58,339 nt of DNA, from positions 1 through 58,339 of IMG/VR virus record IMGVR_UViG_3300032224_000787, one strand, 5' to 3'. Shown here in pieces: positions 1 to 9,571 of the stretch (position 1 is the stretch's first letter; each line of letters starts with the position of its first letter). This stretch comes from a virus. Taxonomy: Duplodnaviria > Caudoviricetes. Made by a program: the position numbers and the translations under genes. The notes below the pieces were generated by a model. The model saw only the letters and a list, made by a program, of their open reading frames with translations. It was not told the origin of the DNA and made no database searches.

Positions 1-160
1 GGGGTGCAGGTGCTACACTATGCCACGGATGTAGAGTAGTAATATCAAAGGGATTTACTAAGGATTTAAGATGTGAGAAATGCACAATATATTAGCCATA
101 ATCGGTAAAAAACCGACTAAATGACTAATATATTACACTTTTGGAGAAAAACATTTAATT

Positions 161-316
161 ATGGAAGAACAAGAAACAGGATGGGTAAGCGCCCTTATTA
201 AATGCGATTTATGTGGTCATGAGTCATTGTCAGTACACCATGTATCATGTGATAAACTTGAGTGTGTTAATTGTGAGCATATGTCTCACTATGAGGTATT
301 AGAAAATTATAAATAA
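161..316 (+). CDS. Small Zn-ribbon-like protein (51 aa), paralog of 57476-57631
   Basis: ATG161..TAA316, MEEQETGWVSALIKCDLCGHESLSVHHVSCDKLECVNCEHMSHYEVLENYK; two CxxC pairs; below the ORF-track cutoff. Confidence 0.8.
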   Translation: MEEQETGWVSALIKCDLCGHESLSVHHVSCDKLECVNCEHMSHYEVLENYK

Positions 317-322
317 ACAACA

Positions 323-517
323 ATGAAATACGAACTAAATGTAAAATCAGACCACTGGAGAAGCTGCTATACAATCCGATTGAAGTATGCGTCAGGAGTA
401 GAAAAGTACAGAACTAATCGCTTACCAAAAGACGAATTTGAATCGATGTTGAATTACACCAATGATGATTGGGAAAAGTACCTAGACACATCTGATAACT
501 ATAATCTAGTAAAATGA
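323..517 (+). CDS. Hypothetical phage protein
   Basis: ORF with A-rich leader; overlaps next gene. Confidence 0.7.
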   Translation: MKYELNVKSDHWRSCYTIRLKYASGVEKYRTNRLPKDEFESMLNYTNDDWEKYLDTSDNYNLVK

Positions 518-741
518 AAGCAATTTTAGAATTCGATGACGAGCAGGATCTCAGGGATGCTATTGACGGATGGAAATGGAAGAATGTAGCCTGGGAGCTA
601 GACAAAGAGCTTCGCAGTATACTCAAGCATGGGCACATCGGTAGCAGAGAGGCTACAGAAGCAGAGATTGAAATGGCAGACTACTGCCGAACAAAACTTA
701 GAGAATTAATTAGCAATGATGCATTAAATTTAGACTCATGA
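514..741 (+). CDS. Hypothetical phage protein
   Basis: ORF coupled to both neighbours by start/stop overlaps. Confidence 0.7.
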   Translation: MKAILEFDDEQDLRDAIDGWKWKNVAWELDKELRSILKHGHIGSREATEAEIEMADYCRTKLRELISNDALNLDS

Positions 742-971
742 CAGAATACGAATTAGACTTAACGTCAGAAGATCTCGGAGAGATTATAGAAATAATCAGA
801 GTGCAGCACTTTAAACTACACGCTGAACCATTCGCTAAGAAGATAGGATTGAAAGAAAATGTTCTCCTGTCAGTAGAAGAAGGGCGAGGCCCACACGGAT
901 TACTCGCCCTAAAGAAAATTAATGAAGCCTTCCATAACGTGAAGGTTACTTTTAAGGTACAGGTTACCTAA
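738..971 (+). CDS. XRE-type helix-turn-helix protein
   Basis: FAKKIGLKENVLLSVEEGRG resembles a Cro/XRE HTH; last plus-strand gene before the convergent late module. Confidence 0.6.
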   Translation: MTEYELDLTSEDLGEIIEIIRVQHFKLHAEPFAKKIGLKENVLLSVEEGRGPHGLLALKKINEAFHNVKVTFKVQVT

Positions 972-1102
972 CCTTGGCCACGGTTTCGTTTCTTATAAAG
1001 CTTAGAACCCTTAATCTTTGAAGACTTGGATTTGCTATGCACGCCAGGTCTTTTCTTTTTAGTGGTCTCTAACTTAATGCCAGTGTTAATCTGCTTTGCC
1101 AT
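968..1102 (-). CDS. Small highly basic protein (44 aa)
   Basis: MAKQINTGIKLETTKKKRPGVHSKSKSSKIKGSKLYKKRNRGQG; start overlaps the stop of the upstream gene (TAATG). Confidence 0.7.
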   Translation of the reverse strand: MAKQINTGIKLETTKKKRPGVHSKSKSSKIKGSKLYKKRNRGQG

Positions 1103-1383
1103 TACTTAAAGAATTTACGTTTCTTGTCAGCACGGTTCTTAGATTGTGACTGACTGATAGTTTTAGTTTTAGAAATGTGGGCGACATCGCGATTATCCCT
1201 ATTACCATGCGTCCCGTTCTCACGGTTTATAGCCTGTAGAACTGCACGATATTTCTTTCTAGCAGGTGTGTCCTGATACTTAGTGTCGTAAGCTACTTTC
1301 TTCTTACGAGCCTCAGGGTTCTCCTGATAGTACTTCGCACTCTTAGACTTACCTGTCTTTGTGCCTGCTAGTTTATTTCTCAT
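1102..1383 (-). CDS. Basic protein, possible minimal HNH-like fold
   Basis: K/R-rich; RDVAH...SKNR pattern resembles small phage HNH-like proteins. Confidence 0.5.
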   Translation of the reverse strand: MRNKLAGTKTGKSKSAKYYQENPEARKKKVAYDTKYQDTPARKKYRAVLQAINRENGTHGNRDNRDVAHISKTKTISQSQSKNRADKKRKFFK

Positions 1384-1961
1384 TAGAATTCATTTATTAG
1401 ACAGTAGCTAACTGACTTCTCAGTCTTTAGCAACTTGATCATCGTTTTGTACTTGTCTACGTTGTTCACTACTTGGCAACCAGCTGACCACCAGCCGATG
1501 TTAGTTCCTGATGGTTTACTTAGGTCGTAAGTGTTTGGGTGGAAATTGATCCCGAAATAACCTTCCTGAAGCTTTCCTTGCTCTTCTGATTTATCATCCT
1601 TGTCGGTATCTCTGTATGCCTTAACCTTTGCCCCCAATTGTAATAAGGCTTCGACCTTTCCTTGGTGCTTACCAAACTTCCACACATTATAGTACCACTC
1701 CTCTGATTTGAGGACACCAGCTCCGTCTTTGTTAACTTTTTCAAATTGCTTTAGTGTAGGTGTTCCAGGATTTGTAGTTCCTGAGGTTACTATAATGAAT
1801 TCTTCCCCCTTGAATAAATAAAATTTGTCATCAAATGAGTTGGGTTTATCTTCATTTGATCGAACACCTAAAAGCCAATAACCTTTAGGTACTTCTTTGA
1901 ATGATTTGAGTTCCTTAACTCTAGCAAGTAACTCCTTATCAGTAAATGTTCTTACCGCCAT
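1383..1961 (-). CDS. Putative endolysin with YkuD/L,D-transpeptidase-like catalytic motif
   Basis: H-x17-SAGC motif (NFHPNTY...WWSAGCQVV); directly downstream of holin-like and spanin-like genes. Confidence 0.65.
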   Translation of the reverse strand: MAVRTFTDKELLARVKELKSFKEVPKGYWLLGVRSNEDKPNSFDDKFYLFKGEEFIIVTSGTTNPGTPTLKQFEKVNKDGAGVLKSEEWYYNVWKFGKHQGKVEALLQLGAKVKAYRDTDKDDKSEEQGKLQEGYFGINFHPNTYDLSKPSGTNIGWWSAGCQVVNNVDKYKTMIKLLKTEKSVSYCLINEF

Positions 1962-2188
1962 TTGTCAATAGATTTATTCCAAACAGTTAATCCAATTGCA
2001 GTAGCTGAATAAGTTAGTAGTCCTACAAAAACAAATTCATGCACTTTAAAGTCTTTAAATAATGGTAGTAATGCATAAGCAATAGCTGCCCAGAATGAAG
2101 TGAATGCGCTCAATCTTTTGATTGACCATTTACCATTAGGCTTTAACGTATCGCTTATTAATTTTTTTATCATTTGGTAGAATTGCAT
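1952..2188 (-). CDS. Putative holin (two TM segments)
   Basis: Two hydrophobic helices, basic N-terminus, adjacent to the endolysin; real start may be MIKKL at 2173. Confidence 0.6.
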   Translation of the reverse strand: MQFYQMIKKLISDTLKPNGKWSIKRLSAFTSFWAAIAYALLPLFKDFKVHEFVFVGLLTYSATAIGLTVWNKSIDKWR

Positions 2189-2363
2189 ATAATCTTTCCG
2201 GAATATCTATTCGTGTTTTTGTTGCCTGTCGGAAACTCTGTTCTTTGTAGCAGTCATAAAGAGCTGTTTCGACCTTATTCAATCTGTTATCTGTGTGCCA
2301 TAACCATAAAGCGAGCACTCCAGTGACTCCGTATTTTTTTACAATCGTAACGAATTCGGTCAT
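2136..2363 (-). CDS. Single-TM lysis-associated protein (holin/antiholin-like)
   Basis: N-terminal hydrophobic segment GVTGVLALWLW; position in the lysis cassette. Confidence 0.5.
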   Translation of the reverse strand: MTEFVTIVKKYGVTGVLALWLWHTDNRLNKVETALYDCYKEQSFRQATKTRIDIPERLYAILPNDKKINKRYVKA

Positions 2364-2384
2364 TTCTAAACTAAGCTTTACGTT

Positions 2385-2819
2385 CTACATTCTAGTTATT
2401 CGCTTTAGATAATTAAAAGCGAAGTATACAATAGCAAAAATAATCAAAAAAGCTAATGTGTTGTTTAGAAGCTTCTTCCACCATGGGTACTTCTCATAGT
2501 ATTTTACAGGTACTTTGTGTTCTACAATTTTAGTAATATATACAGGATCACACTTGCCTTGTACATATACTTTTTTCTCTTTGGGTACATACCAAGTTTT
2601 AACAGTCACTCTATCTTTTGTAACGGTTATAGTATCAATAAGTTGATTAATAGTAACTACCGTATCCACTTCAACTTTTGGAATGTATAGTGAAATAGTA
2701 TCATGTATTGTTACAGTGTCAATATTCAGTAAGTATGGATACTTCTCAACTAAACGTGTAAATCTTTTTATAGGGCTACAAGCTACAATTAAAAAAACTA
2801 ATGGAATTAAGTACTTCAT
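2385..2819 (-). CDS. Putative unimolecular spanin
   Basis: N-terminal lipoprotein signal with lipobox (LIVA-C), beta-rich middle, C-terminal TM helix with basic tail. Confidence 0.65.
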   Translation of the reverse strand: MKYLIPLVFLIVACSPIKRFTRLVEKYPYLLNIDTVTIHDTISLYIPKVEVDTVVTINQLIDTITVTKDRVTVKTWYVPKEKKVYVQGKCDPVYITKIVEHKVPVKYYEKYPWWKKLLNNTLAFLIIFAIVYFAFNYLKRITRM

Positions 2820-3626
2820 TTAATATGTTTTTGTTAATGTGAATAGATCTGAATAAATAATGTCTCTTGCACTAGCCGTGCCCCATTGAGCTGTAATTAC
2901 TAATCTATTAGCTACTTTTGTGTCAAATCCAGTAGATGTTTCTGTGCTAAAGTTTGTACCCTCAAATGTTAATGAAGCATCTTTAGTATATAAAAATGTG
3001 CCTCCTGTTGCTATGGATGCAACACCTGACTCTCCTATATTTCTTATCGTGAAATAAACATCCAGCTTCCAATGATTATTTGTTGTTGATGACATTGAAA
3101 TTGAACCTGTGTCAGCTAACACTGTTCCATCAGACTTGATTAGTATGCGTAATGTATGGTTGTTTTCTACTGAAATATGTCCAGTTAATACAGCAAAAAA
3201 GCTATCCCCAATTTTAAATCCATCAGCAGGAACTTCTAATGTGCCAACTCCATCACCAATCAACGACATTTCATCAGTGGTATTTGTAATTCTAGCACTT
3301 GCGCTTGTCTGTGCGTATAATCCACGAGGAGCAGAAGAATAGTCCGGTATATTCAATACGTTATTAATAAGCGTAGAGGGACCAGAAGAACCATTTGTAG
3401 TGAGATTTATTTTGTATGGCTTAGCATTTTCTAAACCTAGTATGCTAAGATCAATAGCTGATAGGTGTGTATCGATGTCGCTAATGTCAGAAGTATGTCC
3501 ATTAACTAATTTAGCTAATGCCCTAATGTCATCAATATTTTTATTGGCGGTAAGGCCATCAAGAATTTTCTTTTCCTGAAAGCTACTAGGTGAATTGGTG
3601 CGCTTAGATTTAGGCTTGTATGCCAT
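2820..3626 (-). CDS. Tail fibre/virion-associated protein
   Basis: N-terminal coiled coil, S/T/G-rich beta C-terminal domain; position in the fibre cluster. Confidence 0.5.
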   Translation of the reverse strand: MAYKPKSKRTNSPSSFQEKKILDGLTANKNIDDIRALAKLVNGHTSDISDIDTHLSAIDLSILGLENAKPYKINLTTNGSSGPSTLINNVLNIPDYSSAPRGLYAQTSASARITNTTDEMSLIGDGVGTLEVPADGFKIGDSFFAVLTGHISVENNHTLRILIKSDGTVLADTGSISMSSTTNNHWKLDVYFTIRNIGESGVASIATGGTFLYTKDASLTFEGTNFSTETSTGFDTKVANRLVITAQWGTASARDIIYSDLFTLTKTY

Positions 3627-3823
3627 TATTCTGAAGGTGTATATTCTATTTGTTCAAGCTCAAGCAATTGCTCTTGAATCTCACTGAAGTTCGGGTCATC
3701 CAATACCTCAAGACCTACGATGAAGCGGTCACTGCCATCCTTGACGAATAGCAGCTCGCTTGCGTTTTTTTTATATCCGTTCAATGCTGTATATTGTTCT
3801 TGGTTTGGGTGTAGAACTATCAT
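3626..3823 (-). CDS. Small acidic protein, possible fibre chaperone
   Basis: Translationally coupled to the Ig-repeat protein upstream. Confidence 0.5.
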   Translation of the reverse strand: MIVLHPNQEQYTALNGYKKNASELLFVKDGSDRFIVGLEVLDDPNFSEIQEQLLELEQIEYTPSE

Positions 3824-5172
3824 AAGCTATTTTTATAAGTGTTCCAAGAGTTGATAAAATTGGTGTGCTCAGCAATCATTGAAGCTCCCATCGCATAAGC
3901 TGCGCAAGTGTGTGCTGCGTACACTGTGGAAGAACGTAGAACAAATTGGTTTGAACTCTGAACAGATGTTGAAGTCTGCGTTGTACTTGATCCTGTTGTA
4001 CTATTGTATAGAGTCACATCAACTAATGATGTTCTGTGAATTGATTTTGTGTTGACAGTAGCAGTAAAATCAAAGGCAGCTAATAAAAGGTTACTACTTC
4101 CAGCATTTATTCTTTGTTGATTAGTTGAAGATCTTAGCATTGAATTAATACCAGATAGTGCGTTACCATCAAATCTACCCGCACCACTAATTGCATGAGT
4201 AAAGAAGTAGCGTGAAGCGTTATTTAATGTGTATTGAACTCCTTGCGTTGCTGGGTTGAAGTTGGTATCGATATAGCTGCTTGTGCCGTTACCCATTAAA
4301 CCTCCATTACTCACAAATGTAGGAGCATTGACGAGTGTTGATTGGTTAGCATTAGGATTTTTCCAGTTGAGCGTGCCAAAATCAGATCCTCCATCTTGAG
4401 CGAACACATAGAATACATCCAGCTTCGCCCATACACCGATTGTTTTCATCGAAGTAAGCAATGTGTTCTGCTTAACTTTTACGCTGTCGCTTGGTAGGGT
4501 ATAACCAAAACCTACGGATGACGCCTTGTCCAAAATTGCTTGGTAGTCTGCATCAAAGGCAGCAACTGCAATGGCATTTGAGTTGGCAACAGTCGAGCCG
4601 ATTACATTGGTAGCAGTCACAACGCAACGCACATTCGCTCCCCTGTCAGCATAGACGAGAAGGTATGTCGATGATGTAGCACCCGAAATCGGTGAGTTAT
4701 TACGCTGCCATTGGTAGGCGTATGTAATTGGTAAAGGGTTGGCAGTCCAAGTTCCATCGGTTGTTGTCAAAGTTTGACCTACTACACCTGAACCACTAAC
4801 CACAGGGGCAACCGTATTGACAGGAGCTGTGAATGTTTGAACAGTAATTGTATTTGATGTTGCATTACCTGATCCCAAGTTGTTTGTCGCAGTTACAACA
4901 CAAGTAATATTTGCGGCTGAATCTGCCACAACAATGGTGTATGTCGATGAGGTTGCACCGGAAATTGGTGAACCATTACGGCGCCATTGATAAGTGTAAG
5001 TAGGTATAGGACTGCCTGTCCATGTTCCTGTAGTAGAGCTCAATACACTACCAAGAGAAGTGCTTCCGCTGATTACAGGGGCAACCGTATTTATAGGTAT
5101 AGTTCCTCCAATAAAAATACTTGTGCCATTAGGCCCTCCAAGTTTTTTAGAGAAATTTATGTTAGTAGCCAT
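3820..5172 (-). CDS. Virion protein with two tandem Ig-like repeats and a C-terminal beta (lectin-like) domain
   Basis: Two ~90-aa repeats P.NTVAPV.SG...TT.GTWT..P.P..Y.YQW.RN.SPISGATSSTY....AD..AN..CVVTATN. Confidence 0.7.
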   Translation of the reverse strand: MATNINFSKKLGGPNGTSIFIGGTIPINTVAPVISGSTSLGSVLSSTTGTWTGSPIPTYTYQWRRNGSPISGATSSTYTIVVADSAANITCVVTATNNLGSGNATSNTITVQTFTAPVNTVAPVVSGSGVVGQTLTTTDGTWTANPLPITYAYQWQRNNSPISGATSSTYLLVYADRGANVRCVVTATNVIGSTVANSNAIAVAAFDADYQAILDKASSVGFGYTLPSDSVKVKQNTLLTSMKTIGVWAKLDVFYVFAQDGGSDFGTLNWKNPNANQSTLVNAPTFVSNGGLMGNGTSSYIDTNFNPATQGVQYTLNNASRYFFTHAISGAGRFDGNALSGINSMLRSSTNQQRINAGSSNLLLAAFDFTATVNTKSIHRTSLVDVTLYNSTTGSSTTQTSTSVQSSNQFVLRSSTVYAAHTCAAYAMGASMIAEHTNFINSWNTYKNSL

Positions 5173-5175
5173 AAA

Positions 5176-5721
5176 TTAGATAACGTAAATTATCAATAAT
5201 TCAGATCCAGCAAGGCTAGTGTCATAAGAGAATGTGTTTGAAACCATCATGTTTTCGTTTCTTGGATCGTAAGATATAGTTTCACCTGGCTTAAGAATTA
5301 CCGATGTACCTCCAACTACAATTGTAGCGTTAGCAGTTCCTGTACTAGCAAATGAAATAGAAAATACACTAGCTGTAATAGCAGTTAATGCAGTTCCACT
5401 TGATCTAATAATTCTAGGTGCTTTTGTAGCTAATGGGAAAACAACTTTCATTGTTGGATTTGCCCACGCTGATATTTGCTCAACAGCATTCTGAGCACCA
5501 ATAATATCATCAGTCCAACTTGGTTGATTAGTAATATCAACTAAATATAAACGAAGAGAATTGTTCTTGTCGTTAGCAATGAAGTTAATGGAAACATAGT
5601 AATTGCCTCTTAATGTATCAAATGCATGAGATATGCTCTTAAAGGTATGGAACTCATAATACTCTACAGAATTAGAGTAGCCTAATCTTAGTTGATTATT
5701 TGAATTTAAAACAGTATACAT
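5176..5721 (-). CDS. Virion-associated protein
   Basis: Beta-rich ORF in the tail/fibre cluster. Confidence 0.5.
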   Translation of the reverse strand: MYTVLNSNNQLRLGYSNSVEYYEFHTFKSISHAFDTLRGNYYVSINFIANDKNNSLRLYLVDITNQPSWTDDIIGAQNAVEQISAWANPTMKVVFPLATKAPRIIRSSGTALTAITASVFSISFASTGTANATIVVGGTSVILKPGETISYDPRNENMMVSNTFSYDTSLAGSELLIIYVI

Positions 5722-5732
5722 TTTTTAATTTT

Positions 5733-6305
5733 TTAAACAGTTCGTAAATAATAGCAGTCGTTGGTTCTTCTTCCATTAGCATCCGTTACCCTAACTTTAA
5801 TTAATGCATCGCTAGGATTCACCGTAGGAGACAAAGTTACTGAAGCTGATGTAGATGATCCAGAGATAGTAATTTGAGCTCTAGAATCTTGAATAAACCA
5901 CTGATAAGTATATGGAGCAACACCACCTGATGAAGTAGCTAATAATGTATTTCCAGCTGTTTTAGTTATATCAACATAGACTTGTTGCTGACTCAAAGTA
6001 GTGATATCTGATTTTATACTAGTCAATGTAGTAAGAACAGCATTAATCACTTGCTGAGTAGAATATGTTCCGGCAGCAAGACCAATTGGATTAGGAGTAG
6101 TGATTACAACACTAACCATATTGTCTAATTCATTCACCATGTTGGTGGTATATGCCTCAAGCAAGGTGAGAATATCGTTTAAGGAAGCCCCACATGGAAC
6201 CTCCAATACGTTTAGTTGTCCATCAAATACCGTGATGTCTGATGTCTTATTAGGACAGTTATCAGAACAAGAACAGCTTTTGCTTCCGCAGTTAGTACAG
6301 CTCAT
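5733..6305 (-). CDS. Cys-rich tail-associated protein with C-terminal Ig-like domain
   Basis: MSCTNCGSKSCSCSDNCP start; GGVAPYTYQW...VRVTDANG Ig/SprB-like motif. Confidence 0.6.
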   Translation of the reverse strand: MSCTNCGSKSCSCSDNCPNKTSDITVFDGQLNVLEVPCGASLNDILTLLEAYTTNMVNELDNMVSVVITTPNPIGLAAGTYSTQQVINAVLTTLTSIKSDITTLSQQQVYVDITKTAGNTLLATSSGGVAPYTYQWFIQDSRAQITISGSSTSASVTLSPTVNPSDALIKVRVTDANGRRTNDCYYLRTV

Positions 6306-6308
6306 ATC

Positions 6309-6698
6309 TTAACAGTTACAGTTTTCATTCAAATTATTCATTAAGCATTGCTCGGTCTCTTCGCATAAAACACCATAAGGCAAACAATGCAATACATTCA
6401 GTATCAAGTGTTGTTTCGCTAGATCAGTCCATTCAGGTCCGCATTTAAAGCCAAACAGCTCTTTGCTACGAATAGCAGAAATACCGTCAACTAACTGATA
6501 TTTCTTTTTCTTGATAAAATTACTAAATCTTGGCGTATAATAATTACAGCAATCAAAACACTCAACTCCCTTGATAGAAAAGTAAGTGATTGTTTGACCG
6601 TTAGTTGTTGTCTCAAATGCACTAGAATATACACCATAAGGGCAATCCCCTGTTGCATTAGATGTCGATACCGTTGTTATGCAATTTTCTACGCTCAT
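6309..6698 (-). CDS. Cys-rich tail-associated protein
   Basis: Many Cys, ends ENCNC; tail cluster. Confidence 0.55.
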   Translation of the reverse strand: MSVENCITTVSTSNATGDCPYGVYSSAFETTTNGQTITYFSIKGVECFDCCNYYTPRFSNFIKKKKYQLVDGISAIRSKELFGFKCGPEWTDLAKQHLILNVLHCLPYGVLCEETEQCLMNNLNENCNC

Positions 6699-6701
6699 AT
6701 A

Positions 6702-7856
6702 TTAAAATTTACGGATAGCTCTTACGTAGCAACTATTATCCCACCATAGATTACCATATGTGTAATATGTACCGTTGATGGCAACAGGTAGATTAGATCC
6801 TGTAATACTACTAGTCCAATAATAATTTTCTGGATCAATAATATTTCCAGATCCAAGAGCAGTAATCGCTAAGTTAATAGCTAATGCATTTTGCTTAACT
6901 GCCATCATTTCATAAATAGAAGGAAGATACCAATCTGATTTACCTCCATAAACCAATTGATCACAAGCATATGCAGCATAGTTAAAACTAGGGGAAGGTA
7001 CTCCGTAAAATGTAACAATTGCAGATGTATTTGCCGATCCATCAATATATGAATTTGCAGACAAAACAATGGAAGAACCTGAAGGTCTAAAAGTGAAATA
7101 ACTAGATACTGATCCAGGATTCCAAGTGACATTATCCTCACATAAGATTAATCCATGCTCAACACCTGATGAATCTTTCCATAAGTGAGCAATTGTACCA
7201 CCTTCGTACTTCTGTCCAATCCAATGAACAAATGATCCAGCTGCAACAGGACCGGTAGGACCAGCAGGACCTTGGGGACCTGTAGCGCCTGTCGGACCAG
7301 CAACACCTTGAATACCTTGAGGACCAGCAGGGCCAATTGGGCCTTGAGCACCCGTAGCACCTGTAGGGCCTGTAGCACCCGTAGGACCGGCAACACCAGC
7401 TGCACCAGCAGGACCTTGAGCACCCGTAGCTCCTTGAATAGAAAGTAAAGTCCAATGAGCTGTATCTATAATTGGATTCTGAGAAGGAGCAACAGGTCCA
7501 ACATTAGAAGAACAAATGTAAACTCTGTTTGAATAAGCAACAAAATTACCAGCAGTATAAGTAAGATCGCTACTCCAATTGCCAGCATAGGTTGTACCTG
7601 AAACAGCATTAACTCCGGCAGGACCCTGAGGTCCAACAGGTCCGGTAGCTCCAGTAGGTCCAGCAGGTCCAACAGGGCCAGTAGCTCCTTGGGCTCCAGT
7701 AGGTCCAACAGGTAAAGCAGAAATCAACTGACTACCTGCCAACTTCTTGGATACAAACGTACCGCCTCCTGGTTGTACTTCAGCAAGTTCAAATAAGTCA
7801 CCGGCTTGAATAGCTGTGGTCTTCGCAGGTAATTGGGTTATCTTTTTATTACTCAT
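6702..7856 (-). CDS. Collagen-like tail fibre with CBM-like module and C-terminal DUF1566/Lcl (C-type lectin-like) receptor-binding domain
   Basis: Two G-X-Y tracts; [20 protein letters not shown] module; [15 protein letters not shown]...YYWTSS...YVRAIRKF signature. Confidence 0.75.
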   Translation of the reverse strand: MSNKKITQLPAKTTAIQAGDLFELAEVQPGGGTFVSKKLAGSQLISALPVGPTGAQGATGPVGPAGPTGATGPVGPQGPAGVNAVSGTTYAGNWSSDLTYTAGNFVAYSNRVYICSSNVGPVAPSQNPIIDTAHWTLLSIQGATGAQGPAGAAGVAGPTGATGPTGATGAQGPIGPAGPQGIQGVAGPTGATGPQGPAGPTGPVAAGSFVHWIGQKYEGGTIAHLWKDSSGVEHGLILCEDNVTWNPGSVSSYFTFRPSGSSIVLSANSYIDGSANTSAIVTFYGVPSPSFNYAAYACDQLVYGGKSDWYLPSIYEMMAVKQNALAINLAITALGSGNIIDPENYYWTSSITGSNLPVAINGTYYTYGNLWWDNSCYVRAIRKF

Positions 7857-7857
7857 T

Positions 7858-8799
7858 TTAATTTAGTTTTCTAAGGTTTTCGTATTCAGTTCTTCTATAA
7901 GCATTTTCTTCAGTAATCCTGTACTCATCATCACAGTCAGTTTGGATAACCCATGATGTGCCATCAAACAACACAAAGTACATCTCTCCGTCAACGTCAA
8001 AGAAATAGTATGGTTTACCATTTATAGCTAATGTATTCCCGTATTCGTCTTTTACTATCTCAGCGTTGTATACTTCTTCAGTGAATCCTTCATTGCTTTG
8101 AACAGTCATTGTTACCTGAATTTGCTCATCGCAACATCCGCATTCTACAGCGCTAGTTTTAAATACATATCCAGATGATCCTGAATTCTGTGTGTAGATA
8201 TTTAACGCTACACCTGTACTAATATTAAAGAATGAACCAATAGGACAAGATAAATTCAACTCATTTATTTGACCAACATCCTGATTCAAAATCATATCTC
8301 TTAATGTCCACTTGCCTGAAGTTGAATTAAAATATATTCGGTAATGCTTAAGTGTACCTAAGAGATTTGCATCAAACTCAAAAGAATGGTATCCATTAAT
8401 TATTGATCCTGTCCAATTGAAATTCAATTGCTGGTTATTCCCATAAATCATTAATAAAGATAAGCACTCTGTATCCCAATCACATTGACTCAATGGGCAA
8501 TTAGATGGAGATTTAAGTAAGCCAAGTAATATTTTTTGATTTGTGATATCATCAATATAGTATACTTCCCAACTTTGATTTACTTGATTAAAGTTGATAT
8601 AGCAAGGAACTGTTGGTGATGGGCTTATGGCTAAGTCATCAAAACATATAAAGAAAGGATACTCAGGTACAGATCCCTCATGACCAGTAAACACAACTGA
8701 GTCAATCATCAATCCATTCTGATAGATGTAAAGTTGAACACCGCAAGAACAATCTACAGCGGTATTACAATCATTAGTGTGGTTACAGTTACAGGCCAT
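7858..8799 (-). CDS. Cys-rich tail/fibre-attachment protein
   Basis: [11 protein letters not shown] start, repeated aromatic beta modules, C-terminal [12 protein letters not shown]. Confidence 0.5.
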   Translation of the reverse strand: MACNCNHTNDCNTAVDCSCGVQLYIYQNGLMIDSVVFTGHEGSVPEYPFFICFDDLAISPSPTVPCYINFNQVNQSWEVYYIDDITNQKILLGLLKSPSNCPLSQCDWDTECLSLLMIYGNNQQLNFNWTGSIINGYHSFEFDANLLGTLKHYRIYFNSTSGKWTLRDMILNQDVGQINELNLSCPIGSFFNISTGVALNIYTQNSGSSGYVFKTSAVECGCCDEQIQVTMTVQSNEGFTEEVYNAEIVKDEYGNTLAINGKPYYFFDVDGEMYFVLFDGTSWVIQTDCDDEYRITEENAYRRTEYENLRKLN

Positions 8800-9548
8800 T
8801 AGTTACAGCAACAAAGTGATTTAAGTATATCCATATGCTTCTGAGCGTTAACGTAGTCAAAAGCACAAGCAGCAAATTCTAATCCGTCTAGAGTAATTCT
8901 CATCTTCATAGCCTTCATAAATGATTTGTTGTCACACATATCTTTACAAGGGTTAGTTTGCATACCACAGAACGCATCAGCAACAGCCTTACGGTAGCAG
9001 TCTTCAATAGAGATGCAAGTAATTACAATCGTTTGCGAAGTACAGTAACGGGTGTCGCTGCAATCGCTAGTATCAGTGTAGACAGACCAATAAGTGTGGT
9101 TCGTATCAAGAGCAGGATCGACAGCGGTAGAAGAACCAACAGCCTGATAAAGCACACCATTGCGCAAAACAATCGGCTTAAGGAACGCTTGATAGAATAC
9201 ATCGTCTTGCCAATTAGGATAAGTACATAATTCAACTTTCCATAGACCATCCTCATCAGTGTTCGTAAATGAATACGAAAACGTGTTGTTAGAAATAGAA
9301 TGAGGAGGTATGGTGAAATCCCTATTAGCAATATCAGACGTAGCCATGATGTATGAACTGCCGTCACCACGAGTTATCGTAATGGTACGGCTAGTAAAGT
9401 CAGCTGACGCATGACCAGGCAAATCGTTAGTATCGTAGTTAGATGTGTCCTTGAAAGTAATCTTTTTGCAATCGCAAGATACCTCTAATGAACTACATCC
9501 GTCAACGAGTAACGAAGCTTTGAATGGATTGGTAATAGGTGTTGCCAT
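8799..9548 (-). CDS. Tail-associated (hub-like) protein
   Basis: First gene after the promoter at 9564; contains a CBM-like W..Y module; ends SLCCCN. Confidence 0.5.
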   Translation of the reverse strand: MATPITNPFKASLLVDGCSSLEVSCDCKKITFKDTSNYDTNDLPGHASADFTSRTITITRGDGSSYIMATSDIANRDFTIPPHSISNNTFSYSFTNTDEDGLWKVELCTYPNWQDDVFYQAFLKPIVLRNGVLYQAVGSSTAVDPALDTNHTYWSVYTDTSDCSDTRYCTSQTIVITCISIEDCYRKAVADAFCGMQTNPCKDMCDNKSFMKAMKMRITLDGLEFAACAFDYVNAQKHMDILKSLCCCN

Positions 9549-9563
9549 TTTTTGTTATTGTTA

Positions 9564-9571
9564 CAAATTTA
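9564..9571 (-). promoter_or_regulatory. Bacteroidota sigmaA -7 element
   Basis: TAAATTTG on the minus strand, 15 nt upstream of ATG 9548. Confidence 0.65.

Noticed and set aside
161-316. Terminal repeat or circular-assembly overlap with 57476-57631
   Set aside because: The copies differ at many synonymous positions and their flanks are unrelated
6702-6830. Diversity-generating retroelement
   Set aside because: No reverse transcriptase ORF and no template repeat seen in this window
6905-7708. Alternative-frame ORFs over the collagen region
   Set aside because: Shadow ORFs caused by G-X-Y codon periodicity
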